Below are positions 8,404 to 17,832 of a stretch of 64,000 nt of DNA, piece after piece. Origin of the DNA: an uncultured Eubacteriales bacterium (GTDB taxonomy: Bacteria; Bacillota; Clostridia; Lachnospirales; Lachnospiraceae); contig ONOC01000001.1 of assembly GCA_900319355.1 (NCBI GenBank), forward strand, positions 2,111 through 66,110, in the 5' to 3' direction. The first letter of the stretch is position 1; the number at the start of each line of letters is the position of its first letter. The translations under genes were made by a program, and so were the position numbers. The notes below the pieces were generated by a model. That model ran no database searches. It was not told where the DNA came from and worked only from the letters and a program-made list of their open reading frames with translations.

Positions 8404-11148
8404 TTATTCCACAGCCTTCAGGGATTCCGCCATGTTGATCCGGCTGATCTGTCTCCTCATGAAGAAATTGACGATGACGGCGAACAGAACGGACAGCGCG
8501 AGTGAATATACGTAGCTTTCCGGGTGGATGATGACCGGGAAGGTCATGCCGTCGATCAGTATTCTGCTGATCACGAAGCTGCAGAACAGGTACCCCGTCG
8601 GAAGGCCGATGATGCTGGCCAGAACCGAGAGCACAAGGTTCTCCCAGAGCACGTAGGAGCGGGTCTCACGGGGATAGAAGCCCAGCACCTGAACCGTGGC
8701 GATCTCGCGGCTCCGCTCCGCAATGTTGATGTTCGTCAGGTTAAAGATAACGACAAACGCGAGTGCGCCGGCAAGGCCGATGATGAGCCAGATGATATAG
8801 TCAAGTACGCTTAAGGATTCGTTGACCTGATCCAGCGTGTCCTGAAGACTTGTGACGCTGGTCACGCCCTCCGTCTGGTTCACCCTGTGAAGCAGGCTGT
8901 CCGTCACCGCCGTGTCACCGGCGGTCTTCAGAAGGATCGTGTTGGCCTGATCCATAAAGGAGGAGGCGTCATCCGAAAAGTATTTCTGCCACGTGTCGCA
9001 GCTGATAAATGCGTAATTGGCTATATAATTCCTGAACACGCCGGACACGGTCAGCTCAGCCGTCACCGGCACATCGCCTCCGGTATCTTCGATCACGACT
9101 TTGTCTCCTGCCGAGACACCGAGCTTCTGCGCCATCCTGCGGCTGATCAGAACCTCGCCGCTGCCGGGATAAGACAGAGGCGTCTGTCCGTCCCAGCTCT
9201 CGAAATGCCAGAAGCCGTCCGCATCTGCGTCGTTCTCAAAGCAGTACATCGTCACGGAGCTCATGCGGGCCGTGCTGCCGGCGCTGCCGTCATCGTTGCC
9301 TGTTGCTGTGCTGTTATCTGCGGCAGCCTCTTTTCCGGACGATGCCGCTGCTGCGTTACTGCGCGTGCTGCTGTCTGCGGCAGCCTCTTCTCCGGACGAT
9401 GCCGCTGCTGCGTTACTGCGCGTGCTGCTTCCCGCCCGGGTATCGACGAGGGTGGAGATGGCCGGAAGGGTTTCCGCGATGCCTTCGGTTCTGTCAAGGG
9501 CGTCCTGCGCCGCGCCGGCGTCTCCTTTGTCCGCGGAGGCGGTCATCTGATACGTCTGGATGCTGTCGAACTGCATCGTTCCGACGTCGATCATGGAATC
9601 CCTGACGCCGAAGGCGGTCACGATCAGCGCCGTACAGCATCCGATACCGATGACCATCATGAGCATGCGGACCTTGTAGCGGGCCATGTTGCGGAAAGTC
9701 GCCTTGCGGAGAAAGGACAGGTGCCGCCAGAGATGCCGGAAATGCTCGAGAAGAATTCTCCGGCCGGGCTTTGCCGCCCTCGGGCGAATGAGCACCGCCG
9801 GCTGAGAGAGAAGTTCGCTCCGGCAGGAAAGCCAGACGCTCGCGATGATCGCGGCAAGTGACACGGCAAGTGTGACAGCTGCCATGACGCCGTCAAAGAC
9901 ATATGGCAGCGCCGTGAAATCGTAGAGCGTGTGGTACGCGGACCAGAAGATCTGCGGAAGGAAAACGGTGCCTCCCGCATAGCCCGCCGCCCATCCGAGT
10001 ACTGTCGCGGAGCAGGCGTAGAGCATATATTTCATGGTGATGGAAAAGTCCGAATAGCCCAGCGCCTTCAGGGTTCCGATCTGCGTTCTTTCCTCGCTGA
10101 CCATGCGGGTCATCGTCGTGACGCAGACGAGGAGGGCGATCAGGATAAAGAAAATCGGGAACACATTGGCGATGGCGTTGATGATCGACGTATCCGACCG
10201 GAAACTTTCATAGCCGGCATTCTCGCTTCTTGTCAGCACATAGATGTCCGGCTCGTCCACGCCCTGATCGGACGCCTCTTTCACGGCCTCATCCCGCGTC
10301 ATGTGCGGAATCGTCAGATTTAACTGGGCCGCCTGCCTGTCGATCCGGTCATTCGCCTCGTCCATGATGTCGGAGAGGATTTTTTCGTAGTCGGCATCCA
10401 CGGCTTTCTCTGCCGCTGTCTGCACCGCATCCTTATGATCGTCGATGAAATTGTCGTAATCGTCTGAATAAATTTCGAAAGAAGCGGATTCCTTCATGGC
10501 CACGCTGATTTCCGTGTCACGGTCCATGTCAAAATCTTCTTCGGGGATATAGATGTAACCGTCGAGCGAGCCGCTGCCGAGGGTCGTCGCGCCGAGGCTG
10601 TCGCTGAGATACAGAGGGGAGTTCGCGGTGCCGACGATGGTGAAGGTGCGGCGCTTCATTCTGTCCAGGCTGTCGCTGTCGTTATGGTCAGAGAGCGTGA
10701 CGGTGCTGCCGATCGCCGATTCGTCGAAGGCGCGGTGAGCGACAAGGCACTCGCCGGAGGATTCCGGCATGCGGCCGGCCACGACCGTCGGCATATTCAG
10801 CGACTCATCTCCACCCGGAAGCGACAGAAATTTATACGCGCCGTCGGTGCTGTCGATGGTGACGAGCATATCCTGCGTGAAACCGCCTTCGGCCTTTTCC
10901 ACGCCGTCTGCGGCGGCGATGCTTTTCACATCGTCCTCGTCAAATCCGATGCTGGAAAGCAGCTGATAATCGTACAGATGCTGATCCGTCACATAACTCC
11001 TGCAGGCCTGCCAGAACGCGGGACGGCAGAGCTTTAAGCCGGCGTAAAATCCGACCGACAGCATCACGATCAGAAACAGTGCCACCCATCTCCTGAAGGA
11101 GGTGCCGACACTTCTCATACTGAGTTTCAGAGCCGTATTTTTCACCAT
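8404..11148 (-). CDS. FtsX/MacB-family ABC transporter permease
   Basis: TMTRMVSEERTQIGTLKALGY and NINIAERSREIATVQVLGF; two FtsX halves. Confidence 0.92.
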   Translation of the reverse strand: MVKNTALKLSMRSVGTSFRRWVALFLIVMLSVGFYAGLKLCRPAFWQACRSYVTDQHLYDYQLLSSIGFDEDDVKSIAAADGVEKAEGGFTQDMLVTIDSTDGAYKFLSLPGGDESLNMPTVVAGRMPESSGECLVAHRAFDESAIGSTVTLSDHNDSDSLDRMKRRTFTIVGTANSPLYLSDSLGATTLGSGSLDGYIYIPEEDFDMDRDTEISVAMKESASFEIYSDDYDNFIDDHKDAVQTAAEKAVDADYEKILSDIMDEANDRIDRQAAQLNLTIPHMTRDEAVKEASDQGVDEPDIYVLTRSENAGYESFRSDTSIINAIANVFPIFFILIALLVCVTTMTRMVSEERTQIGTLKALGYSDFSITMKYMLYACSATVLGWAAGYAGGTVFLPQIFWSAYHTLYDFTALPYVFDGVMAAVTLAVSLAAIIASVWLSCRSELLSQPAVLIRPRAAKPGRRILLEHFRHLWRHLSFLRKATFRNMARYKVRMLMMVIGIGCCTALIVTAFGVRDSMIDVGTMQFDSIQTYQMTASADKGDAGAAQDALDRTEGIAETLPAISTLVDTRAGSSTRSNAAAASSGEEAAADSSTRSNAAAASSGKEAAADNSTATGNDDGSAGSTARMSSVTMYCFENDADADGFWHFESWDGQTPLSYPGSGEVLISRRMAQKLGVSAGDKVVIEDTGGDVPVTAELTVSGVFRNYIANYAFISCDTWQKYFSDDASSFMDQANTILLKTAGDTAVTDSLLHRVNQTEGVTSVTSLQDTLDQVNESLSVLDYIIWLIIGLAGALAFVVIFNLTNINIAERSREIATVQVLGFYPRETRSYVLWENLVLSVLASIIGLPTGYLFCSFVISRILIDGMTFPVIIHPESYVYSLALSVLFAVIVNFFMRRQISRINMAESLKAVE

Positions 11149-11155
11149 TTCCTCC

Positions 11156-11860
11156 CTACCACTCGATCTGTTCTACCGGGATGACATGCTGATTGATCTC
11201 ATTGGAGACGATTCTGCCGCTGCGGATCCGGATGATCCGGTCCGCCATGGGTGCGATGGCCTGGTTGTGCGTGATCAGAAGCACGGTGGTGTGCCTCTCG
11301 CGGCCGAGATCGTGGAGGATTTTCAGAACCATCTTGCCGGTGTCGTCGTCGAGCGCACCGGTCGGTTCGTCACAGAGAAGCATGCTTGGATTTTTCGCGA
11401 GGGCGCGGGCGATGGCGACACGCTGCTGCTCGCCGCCCGAAAGCTGCGCCGGGAAATTCCGGGCGCGGCCGGAAAGGCCCACCATGTCCAGCGCCTTTTC
11501 CGGCGGGATGGGGTCCCTGCAGAGCATGGCTGCGATTTCCACGTTTTCAAATGCGGTAAGGGAAGGGATCAGATTATAGAACTGGAAGACGAAGCCGACG
11601 TCAAAGCGGCGGTATTTCACGAGCTCTTTCCTGCTCATGGCAGAGACCTCGCGGCCGTCGAACATGATTCTGCCGGAAGTGACGGTATCCATGCCGCCGA
11701 GCATGTTCAGGAGCGTCGTTTTGCCTGCGCCGGAAGCGCCGAGAATGACGACAAACTCGCCCCTGTCCACACTGAAAGAAATACCGTCGAGGGCGTGAAC
11801 CGCCGCCTCGCCGGTACCGTAAACTTTTTTCACATCCGTAAATTCAATAAAACCGGACAT
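11156..11860 (-). CDS. ABC transporter ATP-binding protein (LolD/MacB-like)
   Basis: GASGAGKTT, LSGGEQQRVAIARA, LLCDEPTGALD. Confidence 0.95.
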   Translation of the reverse strand: MSGFIEFTDVKKVYGTGEAAVHALDGISFSVDRGEFVVILGASGAGKTTLLNMLGGMDTVTSGRIMFDGREVSAMSRKELVKYRRFDVGFVFQFYNLIPSLTAFENVEIAAMLCRDPIPPEKALDMVGLSGRARNFPAQLSGGEQQRVAIARALAKNPSMLLCDEPTGALDDDTGKMVLKILHDLGRERHTTVLLITHNQAIAPMADRIIRIRSGRIVSNEINQHVIPVEQIEW

Positions 11861-12032
11861 AGCATCCTCCCGCATCAAAGTCACTCAGCTGTATCACCAC
11901 TTTGTTACTCCGATTATACGGGGATTCGTTCCGCGCGGCAACCTTTATGCCCGATACCGTCCGGACACGGTCGGAGCCGCTGTCACAAAGAAGTGGCTCC
12001 GACAGGGAATGCGTCACCTGTTCTTCAAGTGT

Positions 12033-13409
12033 TTAATCCCGGGCCGCTTTCTCTGCAGCATTCACCGCAGGTTCAGCCATGGCTGCTGCTTCCGGCTGCC
12101 TGCCTGATTTTTTCTCGAAGAGCTGATGCTTGAGCGCGGTGGCAACCGTGAGGTCTCCGATGACGTTGACGCAGGTGGCGCCCATGTCGGAGAGGGTGTT
12201 GATGGAGATGTATACGCCAAGGATCGTGTTCACCGGAAGGCCGGCGATCGGCGCAAGGGCTGCAAAGGCCGCAATCGCACCGCCGGGTACGCCGGGTGTG
12301 CCGATCGACAGCAGCACGTTGCAGGCAAGCACGGTCACCATGGTGCCGATGGAAAGCGGTGTGCCCGTCGCATTGGCGAAGAAGGTGATCATGAATGACA
12401 TCAGGATCGATACCGCGTCCATGTTCACGGTGGCGCCGAGCGGCAGTGTCAGCGAGGCAATTTCCTCGGGCACACCGATATTTTCCTCCGCGCAGCGCAT
12501 GGACAGCGGCAGGGTCGCGTTGGACGAGCAGGTGCCGAAGGCATTCAGCGCCGCCGGAGCGATGTCCTTAAAGAACTTCACCGGGCTGTAATGACCGAAA
12601 AGCCGTACGATGAGTCCGTAGACAATGACCGCGTAGAGGAAGAAGGTGATGTACATGATGAGCATGACCTGACCCAGATCGACCATGGTATCCACGCCGT
12701 TGGTATACATGACAGTCGCGATGCAGGCGAAGACGCCGATGGGCGTGACATACATGATTTTGCTGATGATCAGCGTGCAGATCTCGTTGAGGGATGTGAT
12801 CACATCAACGACGGGCTTTGCCTTCTCGCCGAGCGACTGACAGGTAATGCCGATGATGACGGCGAAGACCAGAATCTGGAGCATGTTGCCGTTGACGAAG
12901 GATTCCAGCGGGTTCGACGGGATCAGGTTCTCAAGCGTATCGAGAAGGCCGGAGAATTCCGCCGCCTCGACCGTTGTATCGGTCGCCGTGATGGATGCGC
13001 CGACGCCGAGGTTGAGCAGCCGCGGCAGGAAAAGGCCGATGGCTGAGGCAAGCGCAGTGGTGCCGACGAACCAGAGAATCGAGTAGAGACCGATTTTGCC
13101 GGTTCTGGTGACACTGCTGATGCCGGTGATGCCGACCACAAGGCTGCAGAAGACGAGAGGATAGATCATCATCTTCAGTGCGTTCATGTAGATGTTGGAA
13201 ACGACGGAAAGCGGCGTGTACAGCCAGGCCGGCATGACAAGACCGACCACGATGCCTGCGGCAAGTCCGACCGCAATCCAGAGGGTAAAGTTGAACGTTT
13301 TCTTCTTCTTTCCCCCTGTTTCCATTTCCTTTCCTGAATCGGTTACGGCTGTCTGTGCCGCTGTGCGGCCGGCAGCTTCGGGCCTGTTTGTTTCTGATAC
13401 TTCTTTCAT
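12033..13409 (-). CDS. Dicarboxylate/amino acid:cation symporter (DAACS)
   Basis: AFGTCSSNATLP, LPLGATVNMD, NVIGD motifs. Confidence 0.92.
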   Translation of the reverse strand: MKEVSETNRPEAAGRTAAQTAVTDSGKEMETGGKKKKTFNFTLWIAVGLAAGIVVGLVMPAWLYTPLSVVSNIYMNALKMMIYPLVFCSLVVGITGISSVTRTGKIGLYSILWFVGTTALASAIGLFLPRLLNLGVGASITATDTTVEAAEFSGLLDTLENLIPSNPLESFVNGNMLQILVFAVIIGITCQSLGEKAKPVVDVITSLNEICTLIISKIMYVTPIGVFACIATVMYTNGVDTMVDLGQVMLIMYITFFLYAVIVYGLIVRLFGHYSPVKFFKDIAPAALNAFGTCSSNATLPLSMRCAEENIGVPEEIASLTLPLGATVNMDAVSILMSFMITFFANATGTPLSIGTMVTVLACNVLLSIGTPGVPGGAIAAFAALAPIAGLPVNTILGVYISINTLSDMGATCVNVIGDLTVATALKHQLFEKKSGRQPEAAAMAEPAVNAAEKAARD

Positions 13410-13592
13410 GGATCTGCCCCCTTCTTTCAGTTAAAGATCTGTTAAAGAAAATTAGTTTCATATTAACTTAATATGATTTTTTATCATAATATATATATTC
13501 AATAACAGTTATTGATTTTTTCTATATCCTGACAAAGAAAAAACGCTGCCATTCCTGACAGCGTTATCCTTCTTTCAGAATCCTGCGGATAC

Positions 13593-13958
13593 TCAGTCCT
13601 TATTCCAGATGCGAAGCGTTCTGACAAGCTTTTCCTGCTGTTCAGGCGAAAGCTTTGCAATCTCGCCGGCGAGCTGATGACTGACGGCAGTGTCCCTGTA
13701 CTGCGGTGTGACATCTCCGACCAGCTCGTCCAGTGTCATATCCATGAGTCTGGCAAAGCTGATCAGCATGCGAAGCGACATCGCCGTACGGTTATTCTCC
13801 ACGTTGCTGACGTAGCCCGGCGTCACGTGAAGCGCGTTCGCCACTTCCTGTTGTGTCAGTTCCTTCTGCAGCCTGAGCTGCTTGATTTTCTCTCCGAAAT
13901 TTTCAAAACCATAGAAGCTGTCAGCTGCAGCACTGGTTTTCTCTGTATCTTCTGCCAT
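13593..13958 (-). CDS. XRE-family HTH regulator
   Basis: FGEKIKQLRLQKELTQQEVANALHVTPGYVSNVENN. Confidence 0.88.
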   Translation of the reverse strand: MAEDTEKTSAAADSFYGFENFGEKIKQLRLQKELTQQEVANALHVTPGYVSNVENNRTAMSLRMLISFARLMDMTLDELVGDVTPQYRDTAVSHQLAGEIAKLSPEQQEKLVRTLRIWNKD

Positions 13959-14160
13959 GACATCCCTCCGTCTTATAAGTTAAGTCCAAGATGTATTGTA
14001 TCATTTATAACAAAAGGTTGAAACTGTATATTTGCCTATTTTTGAAAAAAATTTATTCATGAATCTGCGGAAGGGGTGACCTGCAATCTACAAATTATAC
14101 GGGTAATATACAGCCTGTATACATGGTATATAGTATTTCTTGAAATTGTTAACCCGACCG

Positions 14161-15039
14161 TTACCCGGGCACCTTCTGCCGGGCCGCCTCCGCCGCTTCT
14201 GTGACATGGCTGCACAGGACCGCCGTAGTGACACTGCCGACGCCTCCCGGCACGGGTGTCAGGTCAGCCACCACCGGCAGCGCCTCTTCGCTGCAGATGT
14301 CTCCGACGAATTTCTGCTTCTCCTCCGACCAGTTAATGCCGACATCGATCACCGTCTGTCCTTCGCGGAAGCAGTCTTTTCCGATGGATTCCGCATGGCC
14401 GACGGCCGCCACGATCAGATCGGCCTGCCGCGCCGCCCGGGCGAGATCCTTCGTCCTCGTGTGACAGATGGTCACGGTCGCGTTCGCCTGCATGAGCAGC
14501 ATGGCAGCCGGCCTTCCGATCACGAGACTTCTGCCGATGACCGCTGCCTTCTTCCCCTCCGGGGAAATGCCGTAATAATGCAGGATCTCCATGACGCTCT
14601 GCGCCGTGCACGGCGCAAAACCCGCGCCCCTGCCGGAATAAACGTGTGCCATGGAACCTGCGGTGATGCCGTCCACGTCTTTTTCGGGACGGAGCGCATC
14701 GCAGACTTCCTGCTCATTCAGTATCTTCGGAAGCGGCCGGAAAATCAGCACGCCGTGTACGGTGTCGTCTTCGTTCAGCTCTCTGATCACCTTCATCAGC
14801 GCTTCCTGGCTGCAGTCGGACGGCAGGTGGACCTGACGCACCGTGATGCCTGTCTTTTCCGCTCTCTTCAGGGCGCCCCGCTCATAGGAGAGGTCATCGG
14901 GCCGCTCGCCGACTCTCACTATAGCCAGCGTCGGCAGGATACCCTCTGCCTTCAGGGCTTCCGCCTTCTTTTTTGTTCTCTCCGTCAGCGCAGCCGCTGC
15001 CGGCGCACCTTTCAGTAATCTGGCTTTTCTTTCTTCCAT
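14161..15039 (-). CDS. folD: Methylene-THF dehydrogenase/cyclohydrolase
   Basis: PEKDVDG, PCTAQS, VIGRSLVIGRP, IDVGIN, TPVPGGVGSVT. Confidence 0.92.
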   Translation of the reverse strand: MEERKARLLKGAPAAAALTERTKKKAEALKAEGILPTLAIVRVGERPDDLSYERGALKRAEKTGITVRQVHLPSDCSQEALMKVIRELNEDDTVHGVLIFRPLPKILNEQEVCDALRPEKDVDGITAGSMAHVYSGRGAGFAPCTAQSVMEILHYYGISPEGKKAAVIGRSLVIGRPAAMLLMQANATVTICHTRTKDLARAARQADLIVAAVGHAESIGKDCFREGQTVIDVGINWSEEKQKFVGDICSEEALPVVADLTPVPGGVGSVTTAVLCSHVTEAAEAARQKVPG

Positions 15040-15040
15040 A

Positions 15041-15682
15041 TCACTTCTCCTCTCCCATGACCTTCTCCGCGGCTTCCTGTGCCGTCTTCGTCGCGAGAGG
15101 AAGAAATTCATCGAGCATCTGATGCGCTTTTTCCTCGATTTCCCGCGCCTGGCTGCTGCTGCCGAGCTCCCTTGTATTGATGAACACGTTGAGCGACGCG
15201 GCCTGAAGTGCCGCCGCGCCGAGATAAGCCGCACAGGCGGTGTCGGAGATCATCAGCGTGCTGCCCTTCTCCGCCGCTTCCGCTGTCAGTGAGATGGCGT
15301 GGCAGATCTCGGCCATCATGGCAAGCGGCGCTTCGCAGGCCTTCAGGGAAGCCTCCTCAATCACCTTCGCCCGGTCGGGATCATCCTTCGGCATGGCATA
15401 GGCCTGGGACAGGGGCTTAAACGATTCCGCGTCTTCGTCGATCAGCTTCAGGAGCTGCCGGCGGATGTTGTCGGTCTCGATCAGGATACGCTCGATATCC
15501 GCCTCATAACGGGCGTATTTCTTCTTGCCCTTCGTAAAGCCGGCTGTCATGGAACAGAGGGATACGGCCAGTGCGCCCGCCAGCGCCGCCGCACCTCCGC
15601 CGCCCGGCACAGGGGTTTTCGCTGCAAGCTTCTTCGTAAAATCCTCACAGCTGCACGCTGCAAATTTTTCTTCTTCGTCCAT
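15041..15682 (-). CDS. fchA: Formimino-THF cyclodeaminase / methenyl-THF cyclohydrolase
   Basis: LAAKTPVPGGGGAAAL, ISD, LNVFIN; adjacent to folD. Confidence 0.88.
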   Translation of the reverse strand: MDEEEKFAACSCEDFTKKLAAKTPVPGGGGAAALAGALAVSLCSMTAGFTKGKKKYARYEADIERILIETDNIRRQLLKLIDEDAESFKPLSQAYAMPKDDPDRAKVIEEASLKACEAPLAMMAEICHAISLTAEAAEKGSTLMISDTACAAYLGAAALQAASLNVFINTRELGSSSQAREIEEKAHQMLDEFLPLATKTAQEAAEKVMGEEK

Positions 15683-15844
15683 GAAAAAATCCTCCCTCCT
15701 CTCCTTCTCCGGATGCTGTCTTCAGATGCCGGCTTCAGATTTAACAAATACGGTTTTTTGTCATCATTTCTATTATACGCTTCTGCCGGATTTTTTTGTG
15801 ATGCATCTGTGATTTTTTTCACATGCATCATCTTACATATCAGT

Positions 15845-15872
15845 TTGACAGATATTCATCGTGCTGTAAAAT
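15845..15872 (+). promoter_or_regulatory. Probable sigma-A promoter of the GNAT-ATPase-helicase operon
   Basis: TTGACA-N16-TAAAAT. Confidence 0.6.
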
Positions 15873-15954
15873 GAAAATATTATCAGCGAAGAAAAAGTTC
15901 AGAAGAAAAAGTTCAGAAGATGACACAGCGGATCGTCAGAAAGGATGAATAAAC

Positions 15955-16440
15955 ATGGCAGCTGAACAGATCAGGATACGCAGGGCCGAAAAGAAGGACC
16001 TGCCGATGGTTCATAAACTTCTCCGTGAGGTGCTGGAGGTGCACGCCTCCATCCGCCCGGATCTCTTTATTTCCGGTACAACCAAATACACGGATGAGGA
16101 GCTTCTGGCGATTTTTGCCGACGAGGCGACGCCGGTTTTTGTTGCCGCCAACGATAAGAATGAAGCGGTCGGCCACTGCTTCTGCCAGTTTCAGGAGCCG
16201 GCGCACCGGCCGAACATGATCGACCGGAGGATTCTGTACATCGACGACCTCTGCGTGGACGAAAGCGCCAGAGGCATGCATGTAGGCAGCGCGCTGTACC
16301 GCTATGTGAAGGATTTTGCACGGGATCACGGCTGCTATGAGGTGACGCTCCACGTGTGGCGGGGCAATGACAGCGCCAGAACATTCTATGAGCGCATGGG
16401 CATGGTGGAAAAAGAAACCTGCCTCGAGGAGGTTCTCTGA
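15955..16440 (+). CDS. GNAT acetyltransferase
   Basis: LYIDDLCVDESARGMHVGSAL (motif A), N-x-SARTFYERMG. Confidence 0.9.
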   Translation: MAAEQIRIRRAEKKDLPMVHKLLREVLEVHASIRPDLFISGTTKYTDEELLAIFADEATPVFVAANDKNEAVGHCFCQFQEPAHRPNMIDRRILYIDDLCVDESARGMHVGSALYRYVKDFARDHGCYEVTLHVWRGNDSARTFYERMGMVEKETCLEEVL

Positions 16441-17775
16441 TTGACTGAGCAGCGAAAAATTCCAAAACGGATCGCCAATACCATCGTCCAGTCCCTGAAG
16501 GGCGGCGTGGTGCCGCGGACGGGTCTGCCGTATATTGCGGTCGGCAGAAAGAATGAAATTGATTCTCTGCTGCGTGATATTGACATTATCGCGGACGGCG
16601 GAGCTTCTTTTCGTTTCATTGTCGGAAAATACGGGAGCGGAAAGAGTTTTCTTCTCCAGACCATGCGCAGCTATGCGATGGACCGGGGCTTTGCCGTGGC
16701 GGACGCGGACCTCTCGCCGGAGCGCAGGCTCTGCGGCAACAGCGGTCAGGGACTCGCCACGTACCGGGAGCTTGTGGAGAATCTCTCGACAAAAACGCGT
16801 CCTGAGGGCCGCGCGCTTCCGCTGATTCTGGACCGGTGGATTCAGGGTGTCCAGGCATCTGTCGCGCAGGAGGGCCTTTCGCCGGACGATCCCGCTTTCG
16901 GGAAGACGGTGGAGAAGAAGATTTTTGCGGTCATCTCGTCCATGAACGATCTGGTGCACGGGTTTGATTTTGCGAGGCTGCTGACGATGTACTACGAAGG
17001 CAGCGTCGCCGGCGATGATGAGCTGAGGGCGAATGTGCTCAAGTGGTTCCGCGGCGAGTATGCGACAAAAACCGACGCGCGGCGGGAGCTCGGCGTCAAC
17101 GTGGTGATCACGGACGACGACTGGTACGACTACATGAAACTTTATGCGTGGTTTCTGCGTCAGGCGGGGTATGCCGGGCTCATCATCATGATTGATGAGC
17201 TGGTCAACCTCTACAAGATTCCGAACAGCATCTCGCGCCAGTATAATTACGAGAAGATTCTGACAATGTATAATGATACTCTTCAGGGAAAAGCCCGCTA
17301 TCTGGGATTCCTGATGTCGGGCACGCCTCAGTGCGTCGAGGACACGCGGCGCGGGATCTACAGCTATGAGGCGCTGCGCTCCCGCCTGCAGGAGGCCCGT
17401 TTTTCGAAGGACGGCACAAGGGATCTCCTGGGACCGGTGATCCGGCTCGAGCCGCTGACGGCCGAGGAGATGCTGGTCCTCTGCGGCAAAATCGCCGACA
17501 TTCATTCCCGTCTCTATGAGTGGGACCCGAAGCTGACGGATCAGGATCTCGCTGATTTTATTAAAATCGAGTACGGCCGGATCGGCGCGGACTCCCATAT
17601 CACGCCGCGTGAGGTCATCCGGGATTTCATCGGACTTCTGGACATCCTCTACCAGTATCCTGACAGGAACGTGAAGGAGCTTCTCGCCTCCGACGACTTT
17701 GCCGGCGCCGCCGATGCACTGACGGAAAGCAGCGCCGCCCATACGAAAGAAAACTTCGCGAGCTTTACGCTGTGA
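16441..17775 (+). CDS. DUF2791/BrxD-like P-loop ATPase (Shango SngB-like)
   Basis: LKGGVVPRTGL, GKYGSGKSF, DLSPERRL, IDELVN, TPRE; TTG start directly after the GNAT stop. Confidence 0.88.
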   Translation: MTEQRKIPKRIANTIVQSLKGGVVPRTGLPYIAVGRKNEIDSLLRDIDIIADGGASFRFIVGKYGSGKSFLLQTMRSYAMDRGFAVADADLSPERRLCGNSGQGLATYRELVENLSTKTRPEGRALPLILDRWIQGVQASVAQEGLSPDDPAFGKTVEKKIFAVISSMNDLVHGFDFARLLTMYYEGSVAGDDELRANVLKWFRGEYATKTDARRELGVNVVITDDDWYDYMKLYAWFLRQAGYAGLIIMIDELVNLYKIPNSISRQYNYEKILTMYNDTLQGKARYLGFLMSGTPQCVEDTRRGIYSYEALRSRLQEARFSKDGTRDLLGPVIRLEPLTAEEMLVLCGKIADIHSRLYEWDPKLTDQDLADFIKIEYGRIGADSHITPREVIRDFIGLLDILYQYPDRNVKELLASDDFAGAADALTESSAAHTKENFASFTL

Positions 17776-17832
17776 CAGCCGAAGTGCCGTCACAGGCGCG
17801 GAGCACAGGATAAGAACAGGATATCTTCATAC

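Noticed and set aside
15913-17793. 626-aa antisense ORF and similar long shadow ORFs (e.g. 18094-19443, 4008-5165, 53967-55271)
   Set aside because: Antisense to well-supported genes, expected at high GC, no motifs
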